Shown in pieces: positions 1 to 8,854 of a stretch of DNA of 64,000 bases. The first letter of the stretch is position 1. Each line of letters starts with the position of its first letter. The notes beneath the pieces are model-generated. The model had not been told where the DNA came from. It ran no database searches and saw only the letters and a program-made list of their open reading frames with translations. Source of the stretch: Candidatus Micrarchaeota archaeon (GTDB lineage Archaea > Micrarchaeota > Micrarchaeia > CABMEP01); NCBI GenBank assembly GCA_026413625.1, contig JAOAKO010000003.1, positions 2,507 to 66,506 of the forward strand, given 5' to 3'. The translations under genes were made by a program, and so were the position numbers.

Positions 1-115
1 GTCAGCAGCAACGCATCTTCCCCTCCGACAGGAGAGTACAAATAACATCGTGAACCGGCTTAGCTTCCGAGTTCGGAATGGGTTCGGGCGTTTCCCGGTT
101 CCTGTGGCCGCTGAC
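1..115 (-). rRNA. rrf: 5S rRNA (stand-alone)
   Basis: Reverse complement GTCAGCGGCCACAGG...GAACCCATTCCGAACTCGGAAGCTAAGCC...GTTGCTGCTGAC has the 5S core and terminal helix I. The 3' end may extend a base or two past the window edge. Confidence 0.95.
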
Positions 116-136
116 ATTATATTATAGTATGTAATA

Positions 137-144
137 TATTTAAA
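137..144 (-). promoter_or_regulatory. TATA box for 5S rRNA
   Basis: TTTAAATA on the minus strand at about -29..-22 from the 5S 5' end. Confidence 0.6.
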
Positions 145-197
145 TGTTTCTAAAATATTATACTATTAGAAAACTGTTTTTATAACTAGGTGAGTGT

Positions 198-1001
198 ATT
201 TCAAAAATTATAAAATACGGAAAGGAGCTTGCCATAATACTTCCAGAAGAATTAGTTAAAAAGCTAGATTTGAATCCAGATATTCCAATAAGAATTTATG
301 AGATCACCGCAGGTACAATCGCAATTGAGAAAGTGAAGCTCGCACCAATCTCAGATGAAGAAGCCGAGATTCTCAATAAACTGCTGCAAATAAAATTCGA
401 AGAAAGAACTCCAGATGCAGTGAAATCATCTTTTTCTTCCGAGGAAATGAAACGGCTAGAAGACCTTATAAGAAAACATTTAGTTACTGTATACTATGGT
501 GGAAAATATTCACAAACAGGTGTCTATAACATTCCAAATTTAGTTTACAGGCAGCTTCTTGATAAAAAGCATAAAGAAATGCAGCAAAAGAGCGAACAAC
601 CAGTAAGCGTCCAAAGAAAAGAAGATAAACAAAAGAAAGACAAAAAAGAAGCAAAAAAAGATGAGAATTTAGTAAAAAAACTTAATAAAGACGGATATCT
701 CGTTTTGCAATCAGAGTCAGATGCTAGAGAGTTGTCTAAATCGCTTTCAGATAAGATTGAAAAGAATCAAGTAACTGGAATACGTGGATTTGATAAGAAA
801 TACTATCTTGTTAAGAATTCATTTGTGCTCAAAAACCAATCTAAGATAAAGTCTTTTCTTAATTCAGGTCCAAAATCAGCAGAACAAATAGCTAAGGAAC
901 TAGACATTCCTCAAGAAGCAGCAATAGCACTGCTTACGGTTTTAAGGGAAGAAGGAGAAATAATAGAAAAAAGAAAAGGAACGTTCTCTTTAATAGATTG
1001 A
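198..1001 (+). CDS. AbrB/MazE-like N-terminal domain protein with C-terminal winged helix
   Basis: The frame is open from 186. SKIIKYGKELAIILPEELVKKLDL lies upstream of the TTG at 270. GGTGAG SD at 189-194 precedes an in-frame ATT at 198. C-terminus KSAEQIAKELDIPQEAAIALLTVLREEGEI is wHTH-like. Confidence 0.6.
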   Translation: MSKIIKYGKELAIILPEELVKKLDLNPDIPIRIYEITAGTIAIEKVKLAPISDEEAEILNKLLQIKFEERTPDAVKSSFSSEEMKRLEDLIRKHLVTVYYGGKYSQTGVYNIPNLVYRQLLDKKHKEMQQKSEQPVSVQRKEDKQKKDKKEAKKDENLVKKLNKDGYLVLQSESDARELSKSLSDKIEKNQVTGIRGFDKKYYLVKNSFVLKNQSKIKSFLNSGPKSAEQIAKELDIPQEAAIALLTVLREEGEIIEKRKGTFSLID

Positions 1002-1007
1002 GATTCG

Positions 1008-1175
1008 CTAAATCTTACCTGTAGTGAGGTATCTGAGGATTAAGATTCCAACAATAAAAACAGCAGTTATAGCTATAACTATACCTGGCTTAAGTTTTAT
1101 TCCTCCACCCTCTGATTCATAAAATCTAAATATTCCTGCAGAGCCAGCAGGGGTAGAAACCGTTTGCTTTGCCAT
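1008..1175 (-). CDS. secG: Preprotein translocase subunit Sec61beta
   Basis: PAGSAGIFRFYESE..GIKLKP followed by a single TM helix; start taken at ATG 1175. Confidence 0.9.
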   Translation of the reverse strand: MAKQTVSTPAGSAGIFRFYESEGGGIKLKPGIVIAITAVFIVGILILRYLTTGKI

Positions 1176-1255
1176 ATTACCACTTAATAATATCTTTAAT
1201 TTGTGCATATAATATACAGAGTCAAGTTTATTAATTATTACGTTTATTTAATCAT

Positions 1256-2329
1256 ATGAAGCTTTTCTATGAAAGTGATTCTTCAATATTTAAAAATGAG
1301 AACGCATTGAGTTTAGAATACTTGCCACCAGAAATGCCAGAAAGAGAAACACAATTAAAGGAACTGGCCGCAGCACTTAATTCCTCAGCTAAAGGGAAGA
1401 GAGGTAGAAATATTCTGGTAACGGGTCCAACTGGAACCGGTAAAACAAGCTGTGTGAAGTATGTTCTTAATCAGCTTACAGAATTTAGTCAAACGCCAAT
1501 CGCAATATACATTAATTGCTGGAACTTTACAACATCAAACGCAGTACTTTCTGAGATTGCGGAACGGCTTAAGCTTCCGCTACCTAGGAGAGGAATCGCA
1601 TTTGACGAGATCTTTAAGCGCATCAAAGAATACCTAACTGTAAGCAATAAGGTTCTTGTTGTGGTATTAGATGAAGTCGATCGATTGCTTGCGAATAATT
1701 CGACAGAAATACTTTACTACCTTAGTAGGGGAGATGAGCTTGCAAGCGGTAAAATTTCAGTGATTGTAGTAAGTAACGATGATGAGTTGCCGGCAAAATT
1801 AGACGACAGGATAAGATCGTCATTGTTGGAATCAAGAGTTAAATTTGAAAAATACACCGCATTTCAACTTAAAAAGATACTTTCGGAAAGAGCCAAGCTT
1901 GCATTTTTCTCTTCTGCAATTACAGAGGAGGTTGTTGCACTGTGTGCAGCAAACGCTGCGAAACAAGGCGGAGACGCGAGGGTAGGAATTTCCCTACTTT
2001 ACCAGGCAGGATTAAATGCTGAAAGAGAAGGTTCGAATAAAGTACTTATAAAACACATCAAGCTCGCTTTGGAAGAAGTAAAAAATGAGACTGATTTCAT
2101 AGCTAGGCATTTTGATTCGCTTTCCGATACTGAAAAGCGAATAGTCAATCTTCTTCTTACCGGTCCACTCACGAGTGGAGAGATATATGAAAAACTCTCA
2201 GACTTAGGTATAAGTAATAGGATGTTGCAATTTTATATAACTAAACTTGAGGAATCAGGAATGGTAACTTCGCAAGAGATAGAAGTCAAACCGAAAGGAA
2301 GAACGAAACTAATCTCCTTAAGAAAATGA
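1256..2329 (+). CDS. cdc6: Orc1/Cdc6 replication initiation AAA+ ATPase
   Basis: YLPPEMPERE, Walker A GPTGTGKT, YINC, Walker B VLDEVD, LDDRIRSSL, GDAR; C-terminal wHTH. Confidence 0.93.
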   Translation: MKLFYESDSSIFKNENALSLEYLPPEMPERETQLKELAAALNSSAKGKRGRNILVTGPTGTGKTSCVKYVLNQLTEFSQTPIAIYINCWNFTTSNAVLSEIAERLKLPLPRRGIAFDEIFKRIKEYLTVSNKVLVVVLDEVDRLLANNSTEILYYLSRGDELASGKISVIVVSNDDELPAKLDDRIRSSLLESRVKFEKYTAFQLKKILSERAKLAFFSSAITEEVVALCAANAAKQGGDARVGISLLYQAGLNAEREGSNKVLIKHIKLALEEVKNETDFIARHFDSLSDTEKRIVNLLLTGPLTSGEIYEKLSDLGISNRMLQFYITKLEESGMVTSQEIEVKPKGRTKLISLRK

Positions 2330-2418
2330 CTTATTTTTCATTGAATCGTTAAATCACCGGAAATCTACCCTTCCGAGCAGTATTTAAATACCCTTATCGA
2401 TTGGTTTTCGGTGATAAA

Positions 2419-2592
2419 ATGATAATGGATATAACAAACATAAGGTTAGATGAGGTAAGCGTTATAATGTCAAAGATGGACAAGCTTGGATTGTCATCTA
2501 GAATTGAGAGGAGAGATGACAAGTTTCTTTTAGTATTAAACGAGAAAGAAAGCAGTCGTAAGGTTAAGGCTCCTACTATCTTGGACTGGTGA
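2419..2592 (+). CDS. Small hypothetical protein
   Basis: TTTAAATA at about 2383 and GGTGA SD before ATG 2419; followed by a T-tract. Confidence 0.65.
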   Translation: MIMDITNIRLDEVSVIMSKMDKLGLSSRIERRDDKFLLVLNEKESSRKVKAPTILDW

Positions 2593-2627
2593 TTTTTCCC
2601 TCTTGTTTATTTTGTGCTTTATAAAAC

Positions 2628-3710
2628 ATGAAGTCACGCTATGTGGAGCTGCCATTGCACTACGGAAACGCTCCAAGTTGGCTTTTTTCAAGAATGGTCG
2701 CTCTTAGTAGGGCTATTTATACCGCTATCGAAAAAGAGTATAGCAGAGATGAATTCTTAAGAAGGATTTCAAATCCTTTTTGGTTTCAGTGTTTCGCCTG
2801 TGCTCTCGGTTTTGATTTTCACAGTTCAGGAACGACAACCGTTACTTGCGGCGCCCTTAAAGAAGCTCTTAGTATGGAAGAGAACGGAATTTCTTTTTTT
2901 GGAGGGAAAGGTAAATCATCTCGCAATGTTAAAGAAGAATTATACCTATTGGCAGAGAAAAACAATTTCTCGGAAAGCAAAATCAATAATCTTATATATA
3001 TAAGCAAAATCACAGCAAAGGTTGACAGTTCGCTTATTCAAGATGGATACCAATTGTATCATCATTCTTTAATAGTAACAGAAAGCGGGAATTGGGCAGT
3101 AATACAGCAAGGCATGAATCCTGGTACAAAATACGCAAGAAGATATCACTGGTTTTGGGAAGACGCAGCCAATTTTACTATAGAGCCGCATACCGCAATA
3201 TGCTGCGATCGCATCTCCAACTGTCTGAATCTCACAGCGCGCGAGAGCGAGGATTCAAGAAAGTCGATCGTAGACTTGGTTAAAGAATCGCCATATCGAT
3301 TGGCTCGGAAACTTAGCGATCCAAAGCAGACAACTTTATTTGAATGCGATTTTGTAATGCAGCAAAGACATGAAATAGACGTGAGATTGTATAGGAATTT
3401 ATTGAATCTAAATGAATTCAACCCTAGAAATTTTGAGGAGATAGTCGCATATCCGGGCGTAGGTCCAAAGACTATAAGAGCGCTGGCCATGCTGAGTAAA
3501 TTAATCTACGGTACAGAACCATCTTGGAGAGATCCAGTAAAATATTCTTTTACTGTGGGTGGAAAGGACGGATTTCCGTATCCCGTAGATAAGAAAATCT
3601 ACGAAGAGGCAATTGAATTTATTTCTGATGCAGTTTCAAATTCAAATATGGATCGTGGAGAAAAATTAAGAGTGATGAAAAAGTTAAATATTTTTTATTC
3701 TAAGTTATAG
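2628..3710 (+). CDS. DUF763 family protein
   Basis: LPLHYG.AP.WLF, PFWFQ..ACALGFDFHSSGTTT, QDGYQLYHH, QQGMN..ARRYHW, HhH-like GVGPKT, GGKDG.PYPV. Confidence 0.9.
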   Translation: MKSRYVELPLHYGNAPSWLFSRMVALSRAIYTAIEKEYSRDEFLRRISNPFWFQCFACALGFDFHSSGTTTVTCGALKEALSMEENGISFFGGKGKSSRNVKEELYLLAEKNNFSESKINNLIYISKITAKVDSSLIQDGYQLYHHSLIVTESGNWAVIQQGMNPGTKYARRYHWFWEDAANFTIEPHTAICCDRISNCLNLTARESEDSRKSIVDLVKESPYRLARKLSDPKQTTLFECDFVMQQRHEIDVRLYRNLLNLNEFNPRNFEEIVAYPGVGPKTIRALAMLSKLIYGTEPSWRDPVKYSFTVGGKDGFPYPVDKKIYEEAIEFISDAVSNSNMDRGEKLRVMKKLNIFYSKL

Positions 3711-3735
3711 AGTTGAATTCAAAAATTGGTGGAAT

Positions 3736-4011
3736 ATGTTTGAATTAGCGGGCATAATAGGAATGATATTCATAGTGTTGGCATGGATACCGCAGACGAT
3801 AAAGACGATTAAGACAAAAACGGTTGGAATAGAACCAAAGTTTCTTTGGCTGTATATGTTCGGATGCATAGGGTTAATCCTATATTCGGTATACATTTCA
3901 GATCCTATATTCATAGGTTTGAACTCAATTTCTTTAGTATTCAATTTAGTAAACATTTATTATTGCTATAAATATCCATATTCAGGTAAAAACAAAATTA
4001 ATAGAAGGTAG
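3736..4011 (+). CDS. SemiSWEET/PQ-loop membrane protein
   Basis: Three TM helices with WIPQTIKT PQ motif. Confidence 0.85.
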   Translation: MFELAGIIGMIFIVLAWIPQTIKTIKTKTVGIEPKFLWLYMFGCIGLILYSVYISDPIFIGLNSISLVFNLVNIYYCYKYPYSGKNKINRR

Positions 4012-4095
4012 TTTCTGACATAACATAGGTATTTTTATATCTTTATGATGAATATATAATGTCGTTTTTTAAACTAAAAAAAGGACGTTGATTTT

Positions 4096-4485
4096 ATGAA
4101 GATAGTTATATCCTACAAAGAGAATTCATACCAAGTTGAAATCCCAAAGGAGAAAGAGGCGCATCTTTACGGATTAAAGATTGGAGACCAAATAGACGGT
4201 TCTATTATCGGGGCAGCAGGCTATACTCTTAAATTAAGAGGCGGCTCCGATAAGGATGGTTTCCCGATGAAGGCAGACTTATTGGGAGGTGGAAGGAAGA
4301 GCATTCTTCTCTCCCAGGGAGTGGGATTTCCAAAAGGAAAGAAAGGAGAAAGAATAAGAAGATTAGTAAGGGGAAACACCGTTACGGAATCAATTGCCCA
4401 ACTTAATTTTGTAGTAATCAAAGAAGGCCCAACTTCACTCGATCAACTCTTCCCGAGAAAGGAAAAGAAAGAGGAAAAGAAATAA
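4096..4485 (+). CDS. rps6e: 30S ribosomal protein S6e
   Basis: GLKIGD..DG..IG..GY.LK..GGSDKDGFPM...RR.VRGN. Confidence 0.97.
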   Translation: MKIVISYKENSYQVEIPKEKEAHLYGLKIGDQIDGSIIGAAGYTLKLRGGSDKDGFPMKADLLGGGRKSILLSQGVGFPKGKKGERIRRLVRGNTVTESIAQLNFVVIKEGPTSLDQLFPRKEKKEEKK

Positions 4486-4519
4486 TTTTTTTCATTTATT
4501 TTGCTTTTGTGGTGTATAG

Positions 4520-5710
4520 ATGCAGGCAGAGCTCAATATAGGACTTTTAGGTCATGTTGACCATGGTAAAACAAGTATTACTAAAATGCTCACTGGAACA
4601 TGGACAGATGTACATAGCATGGAAGTGAAGAGAGGAATCACGATAAAATTGGGCTATGCAGAGATGACTTCGAGAAAATGTGAGAAATGTGATTTCTACA
4701 CAACTTCTGAAAAATGCCCTAAATGTAACGGCGAAACATTAAAATTAAGAAAAATTTCTTTCGTAGACGCGCCAGGTCACGAAACTTTGATGGCTACAGT
4801 GATTTCAGCTTCGTCTATATTGGATGGAGCGCTACTTATTATCGCTGCAAATGAACCCTGCCCGCAGCCACAAACTAAGGAGCATAAAATGGTTCTTGAA
4901 ATCTTAGGGGTCAAAAATTTAATTGTAGTTCAAAATAAAATAGATCTAGTTTCTAGGGAAAAAGCAAAAGAGCATTACAGACAGATAAAAGAGTTTCTTA
5001 AAGGTTCTATATACGAGGATGCACCTATAATTCCTGTTGCAGCAAATTATAATGCGAATCTAGACGTGCTTATAAAAGCAATAGAAAAATTTATTCCAAC
5101 GCCTGAAAGGAATAAGTCCGAGAAACCGCTATTCTTTGTAGCGCGCTCTTTTGACGTTAATAAGCCAGGAACCCCAATAGACAAGCTCGTTGGAGGGGTA
5201 ATAGGCGGATCGGTCGTATCTGGAATGTTAAGGGTAGGGGAAGAAATAGAGTTAGCGCCAGGCATAGTCAGAATAGGAAAAACCGGGCCGGAAACCATAA
5301 GGACAAAAATAGTAGCGATTTTTGCAGGTTCTAGCAGATTAAATGAGGCCGGACCCGGGGGACTGGTAGCAATTCAAACGGATCTTGATCCCTCTCTTGC
5401 AAAAGCAGATGGCTTAATAGGCAATGTGGTAAGTACATTAGGCAATCTCCCCCCACTTCACAATTCACTTAAAGTGGAATACTCATTGTTAGATAGGGTA
5501 GATTATGAAAATCAAAGCATAAAGGAAGGCGAGGCGGTCGTAATTTCGGCAGGTACGGCTACTACGCTAGGAGTGGCCCAAAAAGTTAAGAAAAACAAAA
5601 TGGAAGTAATTCTTAAACGCCCTATTTCAGCCCCAATAGGTTCAAAAATAGCAATTTCAAGAAGAGTGAACCAAAGGTGGAGATTAGCCGGGGCAGGAAA
5701 GATTCTTTAG
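4520..5710 (+). CDS. eif2g: Translation initiation factor 2 gamma subunit
   Basis: GHVDHGKT, RGITIKLGYA, Zn knuckle, DAPGHE, PQPQTKEH, QNKID, WRLAG. Confidence 0.98.
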   Translation: MQAELNIGLLGHVDHGKTSITKMLTGTWTDVHSMEVKRGITIKLGYAEMTSRKCEKCDFYTTSEKCPKCNGETLKLRKISFVDAPGHETLMATVISASSILDGALLIIAANEPCPQPQTKEHKMVLEILGVKNLIVVQNKIDLVSREKAKEHYRQIKEFLKGSIYEDAPIIPVAANYNANLDVLIKAIEKFIPTPERNKSEKPLFFVARSFDVNKPGTPIDKLVGGVIGGSVVSGMLRVGEEIELAPGIVRIGKTGPETIRTKIVAIFAGSSRLNEAGPGGLVAIQTDLDPSLAKADGLIGNVVSTLGNLPPLHNSLKVEYSLLDRVDYENQSIKEGEAVVISAGTATTLGVAQKVKKNKMEVILKRPISAPIGSKIAISRRVNQRWRLAGAGKIL

Positions 5711-5778
5711 TTGCAAATCTCTAAAAGAAGAACTACAGGTTTATCCAAAAAATAAATAACGAAATAAATTAAAAATAA

Positions 5779-5955
5779 TTATTTCTTCTTTTCAGTTTTT
5801 GTTTTTGTCCACTTCAGTTTTGCAGGTTTTCTTTTTAGCTTGAGCATATTTTTAACACATTTTCCTGAATCGAAGTAAAACATAGTGCCGTCCGTCTTTA
5901 CGTAAATCAAGCCAGTGCCTTTTTTAATTTCATTATTGCAGAATGAACATTTCAT
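5779..5955 (-). CDS. rpl24e: 50S ribosomal protein L24e (not in ORF track)
   Basis: Manual translation MKCSFCNNEIKKGTGLIYVKTDGTMFYFDSGKCVKNMLKLKRKPAKLKWT...; position after rps28e. Confidence 0.95.
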   Translation of the reverse strand: MKCSFCNNEIKKGTGLIYVKTDGTMFYFDSGKCVKNMLKLKRKPAKLKWTKTKTEKKK

Positions 5956-5976
5956 ATCAACACCTTTTAACTTACA

Positions 5977-6276
5977 TTATTTGCTCTTAATTTGTTTGGC
6001 TTCTCTTTCAGTGTCTACAAGAAGTAAAATATCCCCAACTTTGACCTGCCCTTTGACATTCCTTCTTATAACTCTTCCTTTGTCTCTTCCGTCAAGTATT
6101 CTGCACATTACCTGCCTAACTTCTCCGCAAGTGCCAGTCTTTCCTATGAGTTCGATCACTTCCCCCCTGTATCCGTTAAGCACCTGCTGTTCGACTTGCG
6201 CAGGCTGATTTTGTCGTGTCTGTTCTTTTTGGGAAGGCAAGTCTTTTTTCTTAGCCTGCTTTTTTTCATCCGCCAT
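5977..6276 (-). CDS. rps28e: 30S ribosomal protein S28e with N-terminal extension
   Basis: [58 protein letters not shown] before ATG 6276. Confidence 0.96.
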   Translation of the reverse strand: MADEKKQAKKKDLPSQKEQTRQNQPAQVEQQVLNGYRGEVIELIGKTGTCGEVRQVMCRILDGRDKGRVIRRNVKGQVKVGDILLLVDTEREAKQIKSK

Positions 6277-6295
6277 CAGTATCACCTTAACTTAT

Positions 6296-6745
6296 TCATT
6301 CCTTTTTCTTACCCTTCTTTTCTTTTGAAAGTTTTGTCGGCTTCTGCTCTTTTTGTTCCTTCTTTTCTTCCTTTCCAGATTCCGGCATTTTTTGCCCGAG
6401 CTTTGCGACTATATCTTCTATTTCTCCCTTTGCACCGCCAAGATCCTCTATTGCAATTGCAGCGCAACTTACTGCAATTCCGATCGCTTTTCCGAGTTCT
6501 GCTTTAGTAGGAACATATACGAATGGAACTCCTTTTTCTTCACATAAGATTGGAAGATGCATCACTATCTCTTCAGGATTGACATCTGCCGCGATTACAA
6601 CAATCTTGGCCTTCCCAGATTCTATTGATTTCGTTGCTTCGTTAGCTCCCTTTCTTATTTTTCCCGTGTCTTTAGCAACGCTCACAGCGTTGATCACTCT
6701 GTCTGATATTTCCTTCGGAACTTCAAATTTAACATAGCTTGCCAT
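6296..6745 (-). CDS. rpl7ae: 50S ribosomal protein L7Ae
   Basis: YVKFEVP, GKIRKGANEATK, IAADVNPEEIVMHLP.LCEEK. Confidence 0.98.
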   Translation of the reverse strand: MASYVKFEVPKEISDRVINAVSVAKDTGKIRKGANEATKSIESGKAKIVVIAADVNPEEIVMHLPILCEEKGVPFVYVPTKAELGKAIGIAVSCAAIAIEDLGGAKGEIEDIVAKLGQKMPESGKEEKKEQKEQKPTKLSKEKKGKKKE

Positions 6746-6775
6746 ACTCTCACACCTCTTAGTTCATAGAGTATG
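6743..6775 (-). promoter_or_regulatory. K-turn in rpl7ae leader (L7Ae autoregulatory site)
   Basis: CAUACUC-UAU-GA-AC-UAAGAGGU-GU-GA-GAGUAUG: 7-bp stem, 3-nt bulge, tandem GA/AG pairs; covers SD and AUG. Confidence 0.8.
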
Positions 6776-6903
6776 CATTATGCATACTTGCATTAAATGC
6801 AATAGAACAATTAGATAGATATATTATGTGTTAATAATTTATAATCTTTGCTGTTCACGCATTTTGCAGATCAGCTAACTAATACAGCATAAACACTCAA
6901 AGA

Positions 6904-8853
6904 TTAAATGACTAAAAAAACCTCTTTAATCCCAGATATCTTCTTAATTTCATTCTTTATTTTCTCAATTTGTTCATTTGAATTATAGGCAAGTACCAGA
7001 TTTATTATAATTCTCTCATCTCTTGTTTCCCCTATATTTATCTTCTTTATTTCAATCTGGTGATTGATTAGTACTTTTATTAGATCAGAGAGCAGTTTTG
7101 GCCTGTCCTCGCTTACTAAATTAATTTTCTGCAAATAAACATTTGAGTGCCCTTCCCATTTTGCATTTATTTTTCTTTTAAATTCAGGTGTTTTTTCAAA
7201 AGTTTTACAGTTTAATCGGTGAATCGTATATCTCCCTTCTTTTGGAGGATAGGTTACAATCGCATCGTTTATTGTAGGATTGCAACATTTCGCAAGATTT
7301 ATGTTTGGCGAATTTATTTGCGCAATCAATTCTCCACCTTCCATTCTTGCTTTTTTTCCTTTTTCAGAAATTGCGGTTTCGAGTTCCTTAGCTCCGCTCT
7401 TTTTAGGACCCAAGAGATTCAAAGCCGCTCTTATTTTTGCTTTCGCTTTCGATGTCTTAACATTTCCAAGCCAATTAATGTTAACTCTCTGTTGTGGCGC
7501 AGTTATTACTTCGACTATGTCGCCATCGCTTAAAATATGGTTGAATGGAACTATCTTTCCATTTACCTTTATTTTGTCTGCATTTAGACCGATTGATGTA
7601 TGAAGCGCAAAAGCAAAATCAAGCGCCGTAGAACCGTTCGGCAATTCAATCATGTCTCCTTTAGGCGTAAATGCTACGACCCCTCTTTCAAAAAGTTCTA
7701 TTTTTACCCCGTCAATGTACTCTTTTTCCTCCGTTATCTGCTTTTGCCAGCTCAAAAGATTTTTCATCCATTCGATTTTTTTATCGAATTCCTCTTCTCC
7801 ATGTCCTTTATACTTCCAGTGCGCCGCTATACCCATCTCTGCAATCCTATCCATCTCTTCGGTTCTGATTTGAGCCTCTATATTATGTCCGTTTTCTGTA
7901 AGAAAGTTAATATGGATGGACTGATACATATTCGATTTGGGCGATGCGATATAATCGTCCAATGTTTCAGGTAATATCTTATAGTTTTCTCCGATTATTT
8001 CAAGTATCCTATAGCAGTCGCTAACGCGCTTAGTTATTATTCTTATTGCAAAAAGATCCATCAGTTTGTCAAATGTAAGTTCCTTTTTCTTCATTTTTCT
8101 GTATATTGAATAAATATGTTTTTCCCTGCTCTTTACAATCACGTCTATTCCTTTTGATTTGATTAAACTTTCTACTTCAGCCCTTATTCTATCCGTTTCC
8201 TTTTCTTTTCCCTTTCTTTTTTCTGCCAACGCTTCTTTTATCTTAGAGTAAGCATCCGGATCCATTACAGAAAGATAAAGATCTTCTAATTCGTTTTTTA
8301 TTTTAGTTATATTTAGCTTATGGGCAATCGGAACGTATATCTCCATCGTTTCTTCCGCCATTCTTTTTTGCTTGTGCTCAGGGAGGTAAGAAATTGTTCT
8401 CATGTTGTGCAATCTATCCGCTAGTTTAATTATTATAATTCTTACATCTTTGCTCAAGACGACAAGCATCTTTCTTATATTTTCTGCTTCCGCCTGTTCT
8501 AGTTTTAAAAACGGAATTTTTCCAAGTTTCGTAAGACCTTCTACTATTTTTGAGACGTGCTCTCCAAATTCTTTTTCTATGCTGCTAATTGGAACTCCGG
8601 CATCTCTGCATACATCGTGCAAAAGCGAGGCCTGTATAGAAACAGTGTCATTAAGATACTGCGAAACTATGTTAGCGACCTCTATACAGTGCATTATATA
8701 TGGTTCACCTGAAAGTCTGTACTGGTTTCTATGCGCCAATGCAGCAAATTCAACCGCTTTTCTGATTGCAGGTTTATCTACTCTGCTTCCGTTTCTTTCT
8801 ATATTCGCGATCAGATTCTCGAATGCGTTTTCGATCTCCTGGTCAAGCTGCAT
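6904..8853 (-). CDS. rel: Long RelA/SpoT homolog, (p)ppGpp synthetase/hydrolase (HD-SYNTH-TGS-ZFD-ACT)
   Basis: SGEPYI.H, LHD, KLADRLHNMRT, REKHIYSIYRKM, DLFAIRI, YQSIH, EAQIRT..M...AE.GIAAHWKYK, TGS FTPKG..DFAFALHT, AKCCNP..IHRLNC. Confidence 0.95.
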   Translation of the reverse strand: MQLDQEIENAFENLIANIERNGSRVDKPAIRKAVEFAALAHRNQYRLSGEPYIMHCIEVANIVSQYLNDTVSIQASLLHDVCRDAGVPISSIEKEFGEHVSKIVEGLTKLGKIPFLKLEQAEAENIRKMLVVLSKDVRIIIIKLADRLHNMRTISYLPEHKQKRMAEETMEIYVPIAHKLNITKIKNELEDLYLSVMDPDAYSKIKEALAEKRKGKEKETDRIRAEVESLIKSKGIDVIVKSREKHIYSIYRKMKKKELTFDKLMDLFAIRIITKRVSDCYRILEIIGENYKILPETLDDYIASPKSNMYQSIHINFLTENGHNIEAQIRTEEMDRIAEMGIAAHWKYKGHGEEEFDKKIEWMKNLLSWQKQITEEKEYIDGVKIELFERGVVAFTPKGDMIELPNGSTALDFAFALHTSIGLNADKIKVNGKIVPFNHILSDGDIVEVITAPQQRVNINWLGNVKTSKAKAKIRAALNLLGPKKSGAKELETAISEKGKKARMEGGELIAQINSPNINLAKCCNPTINDAIVTYPPKEGRYTIHRLNCKTFEKTPEFKRKINAKWEGHSNVYLQKINLVSEDRPKLLSDLIKVLINHQIEIKKINIGETRDERIIINLVLAYNSNEQIEKIKNEIKKISGIKEVFLVI

Positions 8854-8854
8854 T

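Noticed and set aside
2330..2400. Possible replication origin next to cdc6 (TCACCGGAAAT)
   Set aside because: A single partial ORB-like match in a 70-bp spacer, with no repeated ORBs, G-string or extended unwinding element
5915..6547. Plus-strand ORFs 5915-6208, 6196-6507 and 6353-6547
   Set aside because: Antisense to rpl24e, rps28e and rpl7ae
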